In this document: piece by piece, positions 21,024 through 32,061 of the stretch
How the letters are laid out: every line of letters starts with the position of its first letter
Position numbering within the stretch: the first letter of the stretch is position 1
Origin: an uncultured Methanosarcinaceae archaeon
Lineage (GTDB): Archaea > Halobacteriota > Methanosarcinia > Methanosarcinales > Methanosarcinaceae
Direction of reading: 5' to 3'
NCBI GenBank assembly: GCA_963727895.1
Contig: CAVSHT010000011.1
Location: 256,001 to 320,000 of the forward strand
DNA: 64,000 nucleotides
Position numbers and translations under genes: made by a program
Notes under the pieces: generated by a model
Databases searched by the model: none
What the model was told of the DNA's origin: nothing
Seen by the model: only the letters and a program-made list of their open reading frames with translations

Positions 21024-21967
21024 TTACGCACTTGAAGTACGAAAAAATGATTTTATTGACGTTAAGTTTTCTCTTGTCACTTTCCAACAGTATTCTGTTG
21101 GGTTCCTATCTGGAGTAGCTGGAGGGAAAAATATTATTTTCAACCAATGCTTATTATTTTGATAAAATTCCTTTGCCTTTGCTGATCTATGCCATGTAGC
21201 TCTGTCCAGTAAAAGAAATATCCTTGCCCCTATATCTCTTTGAAACTTGATTAATGATTTTAAGTAAGAGTCTGTATTCTGTGTAATTCCTAAATCATAC
21301 CAATAAAACTCTCCATTTTCAGTGTACAATCCTCCAATATTGATTTTTGCTTTTGAACCACTTGTAAATTTAATAGGTTTTGAGCCCTTTATTGCCCAAC
21401 ATCTTGATCTATTTGAATCCACACAAAAATTACTTTCATCATGGGTAACGAATAAATGATTAGGGTTTAGTAATCTGTTTTTTGGACTTCTCTTATGAAT
21501 TATTTTTTAAGCACCTCATTTCTTCTTTTAGATTGAGGTCGACATGTGATTTTTCTCAACCCTAAATTTTTTAAAATTTGTCTCATTCTTGATTTGGAAT
21601 AAGATACTCCAAATTTTTCCTTGACAAATTGAACTGCATCTTTTGTTTGCCAACCACGAGAATAAACATCATCTGTTGGTATAGGTTCTAAAAATGCCTC
21701 TCTTAACTCAGATAATTGTTCTGCAATTAAAAAAGACTTGATTCCTCGACCAGGTTTACATTTAAGGCTAAACAAACCGTCGGTTTCAGCTCGTTTTATC
21801 CAGCGATGAACAGTTGAACGGTGAACTGAAAAATCGTCGGCAGCTTTAGCAGGACTCAAACCATTTTTGACCAATAATAAGGCTTGAAGTTTAATCTGCT
21901 CGTTTTTGTTACAGGAATTTATGATAGCTGTAGAAATATCAAAAGTTGTAAATGTTTCCAAACTCAT
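21024..21967 (-). pseudogene. IS630-family transposase, disrupted
   Basis: HTH ORF A; DES, LLDRATWH and PDRNPTEYCW in ORF B. TAA at 21500-21502 precedes an A6 frameshift site at ~21478-21483. Confidence 0.88.
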
Positions 21968-22028
21968 ATATAAAATTATATACTAATTTCAGGTATAAGA
22001 ATGTTGCAGTAAATACAGAGGTGACTAT

Positions 22029-22707
22029 ATGTCCAGTCACAATGTCCAGTCACAAAAAAATGATATAGTTGGTGGGCGTCAACGCTATAAATGCCATGAT
22101 TGTGGATATAACTACACAGTAGAGCTAAAATCAACTGCTTTTTCCACTTCTGTAAAAAGACAGGCTTTACAACTCTATCTTGAAGGATTGGGCTTTCGCT
22201 CAATAGGACGATTTTAGGGGTGAGTCATGTTTCTGTCCAAAGATGGATAAAGAAATTTGGTCAAGAGTTAGAGGCTCTAAAAAGTGAAAATGAAATATCT
22301 ATTGTTGAAATGGATGAGATGCATACTTACATTGGTAACAAAAAAATATTGCTGGATCTGGATTGCTGTTGATAGAGTTGGGAAAAAGTTCATCAACTGC
22401 TCTTTTGGTAGCAGAGGAACGGAACCTGGAAAACTACTCTGGGAAAAATGGAAGAAAAAAGAGATTGGAGAAGTGATGACAGATCACTGGAGAGCATATG
22501 CAGAGTTTCTTCCTGAAAAGAGTCATACTCAATCAAAAGCAGAAACATTTACAGTTGAGGGATATAACAGCATATTGAGGCACTTTCTAGCGAGATTGAG
22601 AAGAAAGACAAAGTGTTATACGAAGAGTATTGAAATGCTAAAGTACTCGGTTCTTCTATTGATGAAATACAAAAATAAAGAACTGGATATATTTAGTTAA
22701 CAATGCC
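22029..22707 (+). mobile_element. IS1-family element, 5'-truncated, insA frameshifted
   Basis: GRQRYKCHDCG zinc ribbon, EMDEMH, TDHWRAY; right end TTAACAATGCC; 13-bp tandem duplication 22029-22054 at the broken left end. Confidence 0.9.
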
Positions 22708-22738
22708 AATTAAAGAAATAGCTTCCTTAATTAATATC

Positions 22739-23707
22739 TCAAAAAATGTTCTTCAGAGTTTCATTCATCAAGTCGATTGCCCTGCAAGTTGCAGGCGTGC
22801 CTGCAAGTGCATTCAGCATGACGAAATCATGTATAGTTCCTAGGTATCTAACAGCTGTAACATTGACACCTGCCTGAATAAGCTTATGTGCGTAGGCTTC
22901 ACCCTCATCGCGAAGGACATCGTTCTCATCAGTAATAATAAGCGCTGATGGTTGTCCTTTAAGCTGGTCAATTGAAGCCTGTAATGGTGACGCAGTCGGT
23001 TGCTTGCGCGCTTCTTCGTCGGGCAAATAATTATTCCAGAACCATTTCATAGCTTCACGGGTGAGCCAGATTTCGGTTGCAAACTGCTTATATGAAAGCG
23101 TTTCAAAGTTTGCATCGGTAACAGGATAAAACAGCACCTGGTAGGCAATTTTTGGACCGTTTCTCTCTTTTGCTAGCAGGAGAACTGCTGCTACCATATT
23201 CCCACCTACGCTATCGCCAGCAAGAACTATTTTTGAAGGATCCAGTTTTAGATTTTTACCATTTTCTGCAATGTATTTTGTCGCTGCATATGCTTCTTCT
23301 ATTTGGGTTGGATATTTCGCATCAGGAGCTAGTGTAAAATTGACAAACACAACTGCAGCATTGGCTCCATTTGCAATTTCCCGGACTAATCGATCATGTG
23401 TATCTTTGCCCCCGAGCACCCAGCCACCTCCATGAAAATACATAATGGCTGGCAGGTTTTCTTTACTTCCTTTTGGCCTTATTATCCTGACAGAAACCTG
23501 TCCTCCAGGGCCAACTGGAAGGTTGAGGTCTTCAATATCTGCGGGTAATTTTGCTACCTCAGCTGCCTGCAAATCGGAAAGAACCTTACGGGCATTTTCT
23601 GGAGAAAGCTCGTAAATTGGAGTTCCACCCTGCTTGTTCACATTTTCTACAAATGCTCTAGTCACTGGTTCGAGTGAATCAATGTTAGTCTGATTGTTTT
23701 GGTCCAT
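22739..23707 (-). CDS. Alpha/beta hydrolase, HSL-family esterase/lipase
   Basis: HGGGW, GDSVGG, DVLRDEG, HDF. Confidence 0.94.
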   Translation of the reverse strand: MDQNNQTNIDSLEPVTRAFVENVNKQGGTPIYELSPENARKVLSDLQAAEVAKLPADIEDLNLPVGPGGQVSVRIIRPKGSKENLPAIMYFHGGGWVLGGKDTHDRLVREIANGANAAVVFVNFTLAPDAKYPTQIEEAYAATKYIAENGKNLKLDPSKIVLAGDSVGGNMVAAVLLLAKERNGPKIAYQVLFYPVTDANFETLSYKQFATEIWLTREAMKWFWNNYLPDEEARKQPTASPLQASIDQLKGQPSALIITDENDVLRDEGEAYAHKLIQAGVNVTAVRYLGTIHDFVMLNALAGTPATCRAIDLMNETLKNIF

Positions 23708-24172
23708 ACCTAAGTTCCCCTATCTTGCTTTTAACCCGTAGTTGATTATTTACTCTAATCTCGAATGCAAAAACAATAGCATAGGCTATATATATATATC
23801 AAATATTATATATTTAATGCAATATTCCTGAACTTACTGGGAAAATAAGCACAAAATCAGATTTTATTAATGTTATTCATCCGATTTTCACTATTGAAAA
23901 ATTCCTGATTGTTTAAAAGGCAAGGTTTAAAATAATAAATTTTAAGTGCAGATCTGATATTATGTGATAGACTCTTTAATCGGCAATCGACATCTTAATT
24001 ATTTTTTATTACAAGTTTTCCTTGATTTTTATGCCAAATTTATGTTAAATAGTTATATTTTTGGTATGAAATATGTTAATTTTCTCATCTAGCCGAGACT
24101 CTTTTCTGTGGAAATGAGTTAATTACAAATATAGAAACCCTTATAGGATAAAAATTAGAGACTGATAGAACC

Positions 24173-26152
24173 ATGGACAGGGAAATAAGGATACTCCACA
24201 CTGCAGACACGCATCTGGGATACAGGCAGTACCATAGTGAGGCACGGAGGAACGATTTTTTTGCAGCATTCGAGCTTGTTATAAACGATGCTGTTGAGAT
24301 GCAGGTTGATGCTGTAGTGCATGCAGGAGACCTGTTTGATTCGAGGAACCCGACCCTTGAAGATCTCCTTGAGACTATGAATATCCTTTCCCGGTTGAAG
24401 GCAGCTGACATACCTTTTTTTGGAATTGTCGGGAATCATGAAAGCAAGCAAAATACCCAGTGGCTCGACCTTTTTGAGGAAATGGGACTTGCAGAAAGGC
24501 TTGGAAAAAAACCGCTTATGGTAGGCAATGTAGCCATTTATGGGATTGACAGTGTCCCGAAATCAAAAATTCCTATATTTGATTATTCAGAGTTTGAAGC
24601 GCCGAGTTCAACTCTTTGTACGCCTTCAACATCTTCAACATCTTCAACTTCCTCCACGCTTTCTGTTCCATCTTCCTCGGATGAAAACTACTGGAAACTA
24701 CTTGTAATGCACCAGATAATGAGTCCTTTTCCATATGCGGAATGGGATTGTGATGAAGTTCTTGAAAACCTTCCTTTCAAGATTGATGCAGTTCTTCTTG
24801 GCGATTACCATGAACATTCAATAACTAAAAATAAAACAGGCGAGACCTGGATAACTTACCCTGGCAGTACGGAAAGGAACAGTACTTCTGAAAAAGAAGC
24901 TCGTTCTTACAATATCATCACGCTTTCTGAAAAAGGGCTTGAAATTAGCAAGCGCACGATCCTTACCCGGAATTTCCTTTTCATTCCAGTAGAGTTGAAC
25001 GAGGAAGATAAACCCTACGAGCAGATTTTTTCTAAAATAGACGAACATCTTGAGGAGATCCCTGATTCCGTGGTATCTTTGCAAATTTCAGGGGATCCGG
25101 GGGCAGTTTTATCGCAGAGTGAGCTTGAGGAGTACTTGCTTAATAAAGGATCTCTTGTATCAAACTTTGTAGACCGGAGAGCAAAAGAGTCACTCTCGGA
25201 AGAGATTTTAAAAGTAACTTTTTCTGATCCTGACCATGCCGTCGCAAACGAAATAAAAAATATGAGCTTAAACGACGGCGGGTTGATTATTGATGAAATT
25301 GTCCGAAGCCCGAATATTTCAAGGTCAAGGGTGGACGAAGAGACCGAAAACTTGCTCTCAAAGCTTATTGAGACTAAAAGTAAGGATTTTAAAAACCCTT
25401 ATTTTAAAATAGAGATTCCCGCCAGTCCTTCATCATCTACAAGTTCATCCAGTTCTTCCGCCACTGAGGGATATCTGGAACTTGAATACGTAAAATCTGG
25501 TGATAAGGTAAAGTCTGCTGAAAAAACTACCGGAAAGTTTGAAATTACTGAACTATCTGAAGTTCTGAAAACTTCAGATGGAATTGAAAATAAAGAAAGA
25601 AAGAGTATTGAAACTGGTGCTGAAGCTTCAAAGGGTATTGAGATTTCAGATACGAATCTGAACAATTCTGGATTGGTATCTGGTTTGTTATCTGAATTGA
25701 AATCTGGATCGAACTCTAAACAGCCATCTAATTTAGAGTCTATGGAACGATCTGTTTCGAAACCAGCAGAGTTGTCTGATAGATTGGTAGCTCCCAAAGA
25801 ATCAGAGCCGCATCAGGAAACTTCCAGGACTCTTAACAAAATCCCAAGAATAAAAATCGATATCTGGAAAGATCAAGATAACAATTCTGAAAATAAATTT
25901 AAAAACAAGCTTGAAAATAAGCCTGAACTCGAGCTTTCTGAAAATGAATCCGAAAAAGATATTCGAAAGCTTTCTGAGATGGGAACTACAAATAAAACTG
26001 AAAGAGAGATACAAGACAAAGTTGGGGAGCTGTCTGAAGAAAAAACTGTCAGAACTACTGACTTATCAGAAAAAGTGAGTAGAATAGGGCATAAAAACGG
26101 AAAAGGAAAGCCTGCTATACCTCGACAGTACAATCTTGGTGATTACCTGTGA
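24173..26152 (+). CDS. mre11: DNA double-strand break repair nuclease Mre11 with long low-complexity C-terminal tail
   Basis: HTADTHLG, AGDLFD, GNHE, YPGSTER; overlaps the rad50 start. Confidence 0.93.
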   Translation: MDREIRILHTADTHLGYRQYHSEARRNDFFAAFELVINDAVEMQVDAVVHAGDLFDSRNPTLEDLLETMNILSRLKAADIPFFGIVGNHESKQNTQWLDLFEEMGLAERLGKKPLMVGNVAIYGIDSVPKSKIPIFDYSEFEAPSSTLCTPSTSSTSSTSSTLSVPSSSDENYWKLLVMHQIMSPFPYAEWDCDEVLENLPFKIDAVLLGDYHEHSITKNKTGETWITYPGSTERNSTSEKEARSYNIITLSEKGLEISKRTILTRNFLFIPVELNEEDKPYEQIFSKIDEHLEEIPDSVVSLQISGDPGAVLSQSELEEYLLNKGSLVSNFVDRRAKESLSEEILKVTFSDPDHAVANEIKNMSLNDGGLIIDEIVRSPNISRSRVDEETENLLSKLIETKSKDFKNPYFKIEIPASPSSSTSSSSSSATEGYLELEYVKSGDKVKSAEKTTGKFEITELSEVLKTSDGIENKERKSIETGAEASKGIEISDTNLNNSGLVSGLLSELKSGSNSKQPSNLESMERSVSKPAELSDRLVAPKESEPHQETSRTLNKIPRIKIDIWKDQDNNSENKFKNKLENKPELELSENESEKDIRKLSEMGTTNKTEREIQDKVGELSEEKTVRTTDLSEKVSRIGHKNGKGKPAIPRQYNLGDYL

Positions 26153-29100
26153 AGCTCAAAAATTTGTATATTGAAAACATCCGGAGCTATAAAAAACTGG
26201 ATTTTACGTTTGAGGATGGAGTTACGGTCATTTCCGGGGTCAATGGAAGTGGAAAGTCCAGTTTGCTTGAAGCCTGTTTTATGGGACTTTTTGGGAGTAA
26301 AATACTCTCAAAAGATTTTGTGCTTGCAGATGTAATCTTCAAGGGAGCTGAAAATGCGAAAATAAACCTGGGCTTTGAGCATTTAGGGCAGGATTATCTT
26401 ATCGAACAGGCTTTCAGGTATTCTACTAAAAGTGAAAATGCTTCAAATTCCAAATGCGTACTCTATGCAGATGGGGAAAGTATTGTTGATCAGGCTACAA
26501 AAACTTACGAAGAAGTATGCTCCCTTCTTAATATGGATGAAGAAGCGTACAGAAACTGTGCTTATATAAGGCAAGGCGAAATTGACTTACTTATTAACGC
26601 AAAACCAAAAGATAGGCAACGCATGATTGACGGCCTGTTGCAACTAGGAAAACTCGAAGAGTACAGGGAAAGGGCAGGCAATGCAAAGACAGCTGTCAGA
26701 AGGCTTCAAAGAGATATTACTAATAATTTTTCGAAGGTAAAAGCCGAAATTGAGGGAATTGAAAGTACAGAGCCGCATAAAATACTGAATGGGCTTAAGC
26801 AGAAGATAAAAGAAAGCGATTCAGCCTTGCAAAAACTCAACGAAAATAAAGAAACAGTGACTGCCCAGAAAGAAAAACTCGACTTAATGATTACAGAACA
26901 TAGAGAACGCCTTCAGGAAATCTATAACCTGAAGCAGGCGCTTGTTAAATCTCAGGAAAATAAAGCTGGCTGTATCCGGGAAAAAGAAGTATTTTCAAAA
27001 GAAGCTTACGGGCAAAGACAGGCTCTTCTCGAACTGGGAGAAGAAAATAATTTTATTCGAAAAGAATGTGGTTTTGGAGATCTGGATATTGAGACTCTAA
27101 GTTTGCAGCAGGAAAAAGCAGAGTTTCTTTCTCGGGAAAAGGTAAATGGGATCTCAAAAGAACTTGCTTTACTATTAAGGGAAGAAGAAGTTCATAATCA
27201 GTCTTTACGCGACCTTGAAAAAGAAAAAGCTGAAACTGAACGTGTTTTAGCACAGTGCCGGACGGATATAGGGACTACAAATGGGGAAATCGAAGAAAAC
27301 AAGAAACGTATACTGAAAATTGAAGAAAATAATCAAAAACTTAAAGAAAATGCAGGGGTCGGGGAAACTTCCGAGATTCCTTTATTTATAAAAGATCTGG
27401 AAGAAAAAGAAAACCTTCTGCATGAACGGAAAAATGAAGCTTCAACAAAGCTTGCTCTTGCCTTCAAGGAAAAAGAAACTGGAAATATAAATCTTCTCAC
27501 GCTCGATAAGGAACTTCAAAATTACAAAGTAGCAGTTGGGAAAGGTAAAACAGAAATTGAAATTCTTGAGGAGGAACTCAGAGAAAACGAAAAAGCAGTT
27601 TTGGGAGTACAGGAGCAAAAATCCGAAGCTTCTGCTGGATTAAAAGGGTTAGGATTTACCGGAGAACAGCTAGAGGACCTTGAATCTCTCAGTGAGCTTT
27701 TGCTGGAGAATAAAAACAGGCTTCATGGACATGAAAAAGAGCTTGAAGCTATCCTGAGAGAGCTTGATAAAGTTCTCAGTAAAAACCGGGAACTGCTTGC
27801 CGAAGGAAAATGTCCTACCTGCGGACAGGAGCTTAAAGGCTCTGAGATTGCATGTACAACTGAGGAATCCGAACAGAAAAAAGAAAAACTTACAGCAGAA
27901 CATCTCGATATAAAGCTCCAGCAGGCTGAAATCGAAAAGAAACTCAACCGGCTCAAGGATGCAAAAAAGCTGGAGAAACGGATTTCGGATTACGATCAGG
28001 AGATTGAAAAACTAAAGAATAAAGCAAAGGATTTGCAAGAAAGAATAGCGATCCATAAAACTCGGATAGAGGAAGATTCCCTTAAACTTGAAGGTCTTAG
28101 TAAACAAAAGCAGGAGCTAGAAGCAAAAATGGGTCAGCTACTTCCAGATATTAAAGCCTTGCAAGGCTGGGAAGAGGCAGCTCAAAAAGCTCACAGTGAG
28201 AGTGGAAAAGCGCTTCAAGATGCAAAAGCCTTTGAGAAAAAGCTTGCAGAAAACTACTCGGAAATAGAAAGCCTTAATGGAAAAATAAGGACTTCTCTTG
28301 CTTTAATCGAAAATTACAAACAAAGGCTTGAAGAACTCAATAAGAAGTTAAAAGGGCTTACCTCGCGGGAGAATCTGGAAAAAGAAAAACTCACAGCTCT
28401 GGAAATTGAGCTTGAAACTTTGTGGAAAAAAGAAGATCTGGAAAAAAAGGCTCATGAAGAGAGCAAAAAGCTTCTCTTACAAACAAAAAAACTCGGGGCA
28501 AATCTGATCCAGATGGATAACATAAAGTACAAAATCTCCGAGCTTGAAGCTTCAATCAGAAACCTTACTGAAAAAGTCGGTTTTTTTGACGGAGAGATTC
28601 TTGAAAGAAGTGAGCGTATAAAGCAGATTGAAGGAAAATTGCAGGGTAACAAGTTTGAAGATCTTCAGCTCAAACGTACCCAGCTTGAAGAGTATCAGGC
28701 AAAACTTTCTGAAAAAACTCGACAAGCGATGACTGTAAAAGATGTACTCCTAAAAGAAGTCGGTATGGTTGAAAATAGCTTAAAACGCCGTAATGAATTG
28801 AAAGACGAACTCAAAGCTCTTGAAAACCGACAGATGTACCTTGAAGCAGTATATAATAATGCCGAAGAGCTTGAGAATATGTATATGCGTGTTCGGGCTG
28901 ACATGCGGGCAAGGAATATAGGAGCTCTTTCCACACTTGTGAATGAAATGTTTAGCTTCATGTACACAAATAATGCTTATTCTCACATAGAACTAGATCC
29001 GGAATACAATCTTACGATTTACAGAAAAGATGGCATTCCCCTTGAACCTAAGCTCCTGAGCGGGGGTGAACGTGCGATTTTTAACCTTATCTTACGATGC

Positions 29101-29361
29101 GCTATTTACAGACTTCTTGCTATGGGTTTTGGTGGGGATCGAGCAGATGGCCTTCCACCAATGATCCTTGACGAGCCCACAGTTTTTCTGGATCGTGGGC
29201 ATATAAAGCAGCTTTTGAAACTAATTGATATGATGCGCAATATAGGAGTAGGCCAGATTATTGTGGTTTCTCACGACGAATCCCTTATAGATTCGGCAGA
29301 CCACATTTTCCAGGTAGACAAAGATCCTATTACCAATATGTCGTCCATTGTAAAGCTTTAA
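26149..29361 (+). CDS. rad50: DNA double-strand break repair ATPase Rad50
   Basis: Walker A GVNGSGKS, zinc hook CPTCG, LSGGE, ILDEPT, long coiled coils. Confidence 0.96.
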   Translation: MKLKNLYIENIRSYKKLDFTFEDGVTVISGVNGSGKSSLLEACFMGLFGSKILSKDFVLADVIFKGAENAKINLGFEHLGQDYLIEQAFRYSTKSENASNSKCVLYADGESIVDQATKTYEEVCSLLNMDEEAYRNCAYIRQGEIDLLINAKPKDRQRMIDGLLQLGKLEEYRERAGNAKTAVRRLQRDITNNFSKVKAEIEGIESTEPHKILNGLKQKIKESDSALQKLNENKETVTAQKEKLDLMITEHRERLQEIYNLKQALVKSQENKAGCIREKEVFSKEAYGQRQALLELGEENNFIRKECGFGDLDIETLSLQQEKAEFLSREKVNGISKELALLLREEEVHNQSLRDLEKEKAETERVLAQCRTDIGTTNGEIEENKKRILKIEENNQKLKENAGVGETSEIPLFIKDLEEKENLLHERKNEASTKLALAFKEKETGNINLLTLDKELQNYKVAVGKGKTEIEILEEELRENEKAVLGVQEQKSEASAGLKGLGFTGEQLEDLESLSELLLENKNRLHGHEKELEAILRELDKVLSKNRELLAEGKCPTCGQELKGSEIACTTEESEQKKEKLTAEHLDIKLQQAEIEKKLNRLKDAKKLEKRISDYDQEIEKLKNKAKDLQERIAIHKTRIEEDSLKLEGLSKQKQELEAKMGQLLPDIKALQGWEEAAQKAHSESGKALQDAKAFEKKLAENYSEIESLNGKIRTSLALIENYKQRLEELNKKLKGLTSRENLEKEKLTALEIELETLWKKEDLEKKAHEESKKLLLQTKKLGANLIQMDNIKYKISELEASIRNLTEKVGFFDGEILERSERIKQIEGKLQGNKFEDLQLKRTQLEEYQAKLSEKTRQAMTVKDVLLKEVGMVENSLKRRNELKDELKALENRQMYLEAVYNNAEELENMYMRVRADMRARNIGALSTLVNEMFSFMYTNNAYSHIELDPEYNLTIYRKDGIPLEPKLLSGGERAIFNLILRCAIYRLLAMGFGGDRADGLPPMILDEPTVFLDRGHIKQLLKLIDMMRNIGVGQIIVVSHDESLIDSADHIFQVDKDPITNMSSIVKL

Positions 29362-29701
29362 TATTGTTATTTTAAGGCTTTATTGGGCAGTGTGCCGAAA
29401 GTTCTATAAATTCTGATTAACCAGTTTTTCTTTATCTCAAAATACAGGATTTATCATTTTTACTAATCTTGAAGAAAATAGATATTTTATATTTCTTTAT
29501 TGATACAAAGAATATTCCTCCCCAAAAGGGAAAATATTGGGTACGATGGGCATAAGCTTGATAGAATTAAACAAAAAGTATTTCCAAGATTGAGAGCAAA
29601 GAAATATGATATCTTGAAGTTATAATGTTAGCAGCAACTGAGGTAAGATGAAGTTTTGGGATAAACTTTTACACGACATCATCTAACAACTTAACAAATT
29701 C

Positions 29702-30910
29702 TTAATTTGATACTGATACTTTCGTCTCTTTTTCTTTTATGTGTTCGTCACCTGAATTCTCAAAAATATTATTTATTAAATACGTTGTCAGAGCAACAAG
29801 CAACCCAAAGGAACCTGATACCCTAAAAACCGTGCTAAGGTCAAAATGCAACAGGACTATACCAAGCACTATAGGAGAAAGACACGAACCAAAGAACTTC
29901 ATGGAGTTATGAATGGATAGAACTCCACCTTTTGATTCTGAAGGGGCGATATCAATTATCTGTGTATCAATTGCAGTTTGAGCAAGTCCATACCCTGCTC
30001 CGAACAGCAATATTAAAGGAAAAACTGCAACAATCGAATGTGCAAATGAGAGGGATAATAATGCCAGTCCGGCGAGTACAAAAGCAGCAGTAATAATCGT
30101 TGTCTTTGAATACTTGCTGGCCAGACTCTTTACGCGGGATATAGTTAAAATGATAGCCATTCCCTGGAAAGCCAAAATAAGTCCTGCTTCTTTTGCAGTA
30201 TAGCCAAGTACAGTCTCAATCATGATTGGCACGTAGACAAGCACTGCATATAGTAGGAAGAAAATCACAAAGCCCTGGAATATTGTGTATGTTACTCTCA
30301 ACTCTTTGAGTGCTTTAAACCCATTAGTTATGCCCTTGTGATCATCATTGTTCCTCTGAACCCTTGTCTCTGGAAGGAAGGTAAGCACAACAAAAGCGAA
30401 TGGAAGTGAAAGTGCATAGAAAAGGAATGGATAGTTCCATCCAAAACTTGCCAGTGCTCCACCTATAAGAGGAGCAGACACCGAGCCAATGGCAAGAGCT
30501 ATACTAACTCTGCTCATGGCGTGGAAACTTTCATGACCTTTGTACACGTCCGCTATGACCAACATGGTCAAAGGCAGCAAGGCTGCTGCTCCTATGCCCT
30601 GTATGAATCTCAAGATCAGAAGTAATTGTAGATCAGAGGTAAAATAACTTACAAGTCCTGGTAGACCATAAATCACCAGGCAGGGAACAAGTATTTTCTT
30701 ACGGTTTACACGGTCAATGAAATGTCCAATAACCAGTGTGAAAATAGCTGTTGAGAAAGTGAACGCTGAAATTAATAGTCCTATTTCATGGGATGTTGTC
30801 TTCAGAGGTTTCACCATATCTGGCAAGACTGGAGCTAAAAGAGCTCCTCCTGCCATTGCAAAAAATGCAGTAATACAAAGCATTAGAAGATGACTGCTTT
30901 TAAATTGCAT
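29702..30910 (-). CDS. MFS transporter (DHA1-like efflux)
   Basis: About 12 hydrophobic segments; GHFIDRVNRK; RFIQGIG. Confidence 0.92.
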   Translation of the reverse strand: MQFKSSHLLMLCITAFFAMAGGALLAPVLPDMVKPLKTTSHEIGLLISAFTFSTAIFTLVIGHFIDRVNRKKILVPCLVIYGLPGLVSYFTSDLQLLLILRFIQGIGAAALLPLTMLVIADVYKGHESFHAMSRVSIALAIGSVSAPLIGGALASFGWNYPFLFYALSLPFAFVVLTFLPETRVQRNNDDHKGITNGFKALKELRVTYTIFQGFVIFFLLYAVLVYVPIMIETVLGYTAKEAGLILAFQGMAIILTISRVKSLASKYSKTTIITAAFVLAGLALLSLSFAHSIVAVFPLILLFGAGYGLAQTAIDTQIIDIAPSESKGGVLSIHNSMKFFGSCLSPIVLGIVLLHFDLSTVFRVSGSFGLLVALTTYLINNIFENSGDEHIKEKETKVSVSN

Positions 30911-30927
30911 GATTTAATCTCTTTATT

Positions 30928-31398
30928 TTACATTATTTTGAATACATTCTCAAACATAATTTCAAGTAAATTCGTAATTTCTCTTCTTTGACTGTCATCA
31001 AAGCTGGAGAAGAGAATTTCCTCCCATTCCGAAGCTATTTTTTTCAGTTCAGGTTCAAGTTTTTTCCCTTTCTCGGTAAGAAAAATTCTGTATGATCTTT
31101 TGTCCTTCTCATTTCTCTGTCGGAAAACATAACCATCATCAACAAGTTTTTTTATAGCTCTTGCAGTATTGCCTTTATCAATTTTTAGATAATTAGAAAG
31201 ACTCTCCTGATTGATTCCATCTTTATGATATAATCTCATAAGAAAAGGAAACTGTCCCCTTCCAATACCATATGGCTCAATTTTTTTTCCAATGTAGATT
31301 TGTTCATATCTATAAAGGTATGAGATGGATTTTCCAATGAATTCCTTGCCACACAATTCGTTAGTATATGAGCTTCCACTGGATTCAATTGTATTCAT
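30928..31398 (-). CDS. MarR-family regulator
   Basis: IDKGNTARAIKKL, DKRSYRIFLTEKG; directly upstream of the MFS gene. Confidence 0.93.
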   Translation of the reverse strand: MNTIESSGSSYTNELCGKEFIGKSISYLYRYEQIYIGKKIEPYGIGRGQFPFLMRLYHKDGINQESLSNYLKIDKGNTARAIKKLVDDGYVFRQRNEKDKRSYRIFLTEKGKKLEPELKKIASEWEEILFSSFDDSQRREITNLLEIMFENVFKIM

Positions 31399-31430
31399 TT
31401 CTATTATCCACCAGATTGTCCTATTAATAT

Positions 31431-31497
31431 AGTTGTTATTTACAACCAATTTACTTGTAGATAACAACTTTTATTATATATAATTGTTGATACAACT
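31431..31497. promoter_or_regulatory. Putative MarR operator array
   Basis: Three TTGT-N-ACAAC palindromic sites; 15-bp inverted repeat 31431-31445/31455-31469 with one mismatch, around a TATA-like tract. Confidence 0.65.
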
Positions 31498-32022
31498 AAT
31501 TGGTTACAAAATTTTGATAATGAACCCATTCAGGACTGATTCGGTTGTAAAAATTCAGAATAAAACCAATGAAAAGTTTAATTGATGCATAGGTTTTACA
31601 TCAAAACCTATACATACAACAGAGATATCCTACAATTTTCCGCCAAAACTAGCTCAAAAAAGTCAAAATGAATATGTTTCGTGAAAATCAATGTAAAAAA
31701 TAGACGGACATCTGGTCTATAAGCACATTGGGAAGAGAAAGGTTATGGCATACAGGCCAGAAAATCCCGCATGATACTATTTCTCTGTATTCAGTTAATT
31801 CATGCCGAAAAACTGGTAAGAAGCTATAAAACAGGTCCGAAAACGCAGTAATTTTTTGATAAAACGCTTGGATGTATGTAGACTAACTTTGTATGGAATT
31901 TTATACACTGTTATTTATCATCTATTGTAAAGCTTTAATACAACCGTTGCGCCGGTTGATCACGCCGATAGGATTTGGGGATAAAGCCATCAAACTCAAA
32001 GGTTGCCAGAGAGGTTTTCGCT

Positions 32023-32045
32023 CAAGCCTTTTTTGAAAAGGCTTG
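32023..32045. repeat. Palindromic intergenic element / likely terminator
   Basis: CAAGCCTTTT-TTG-AAAAGGCTTG just after the stop at 32062. Confidence 0.6.
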
Positions 32046-32061
32046 TGAAAAGGCATGTGGT

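Noticed and set aside
31640..32020. GC-richer patches that may be gene or MITE remnants
   Set aside because: No terminal repeats or convincing translation found by eye.
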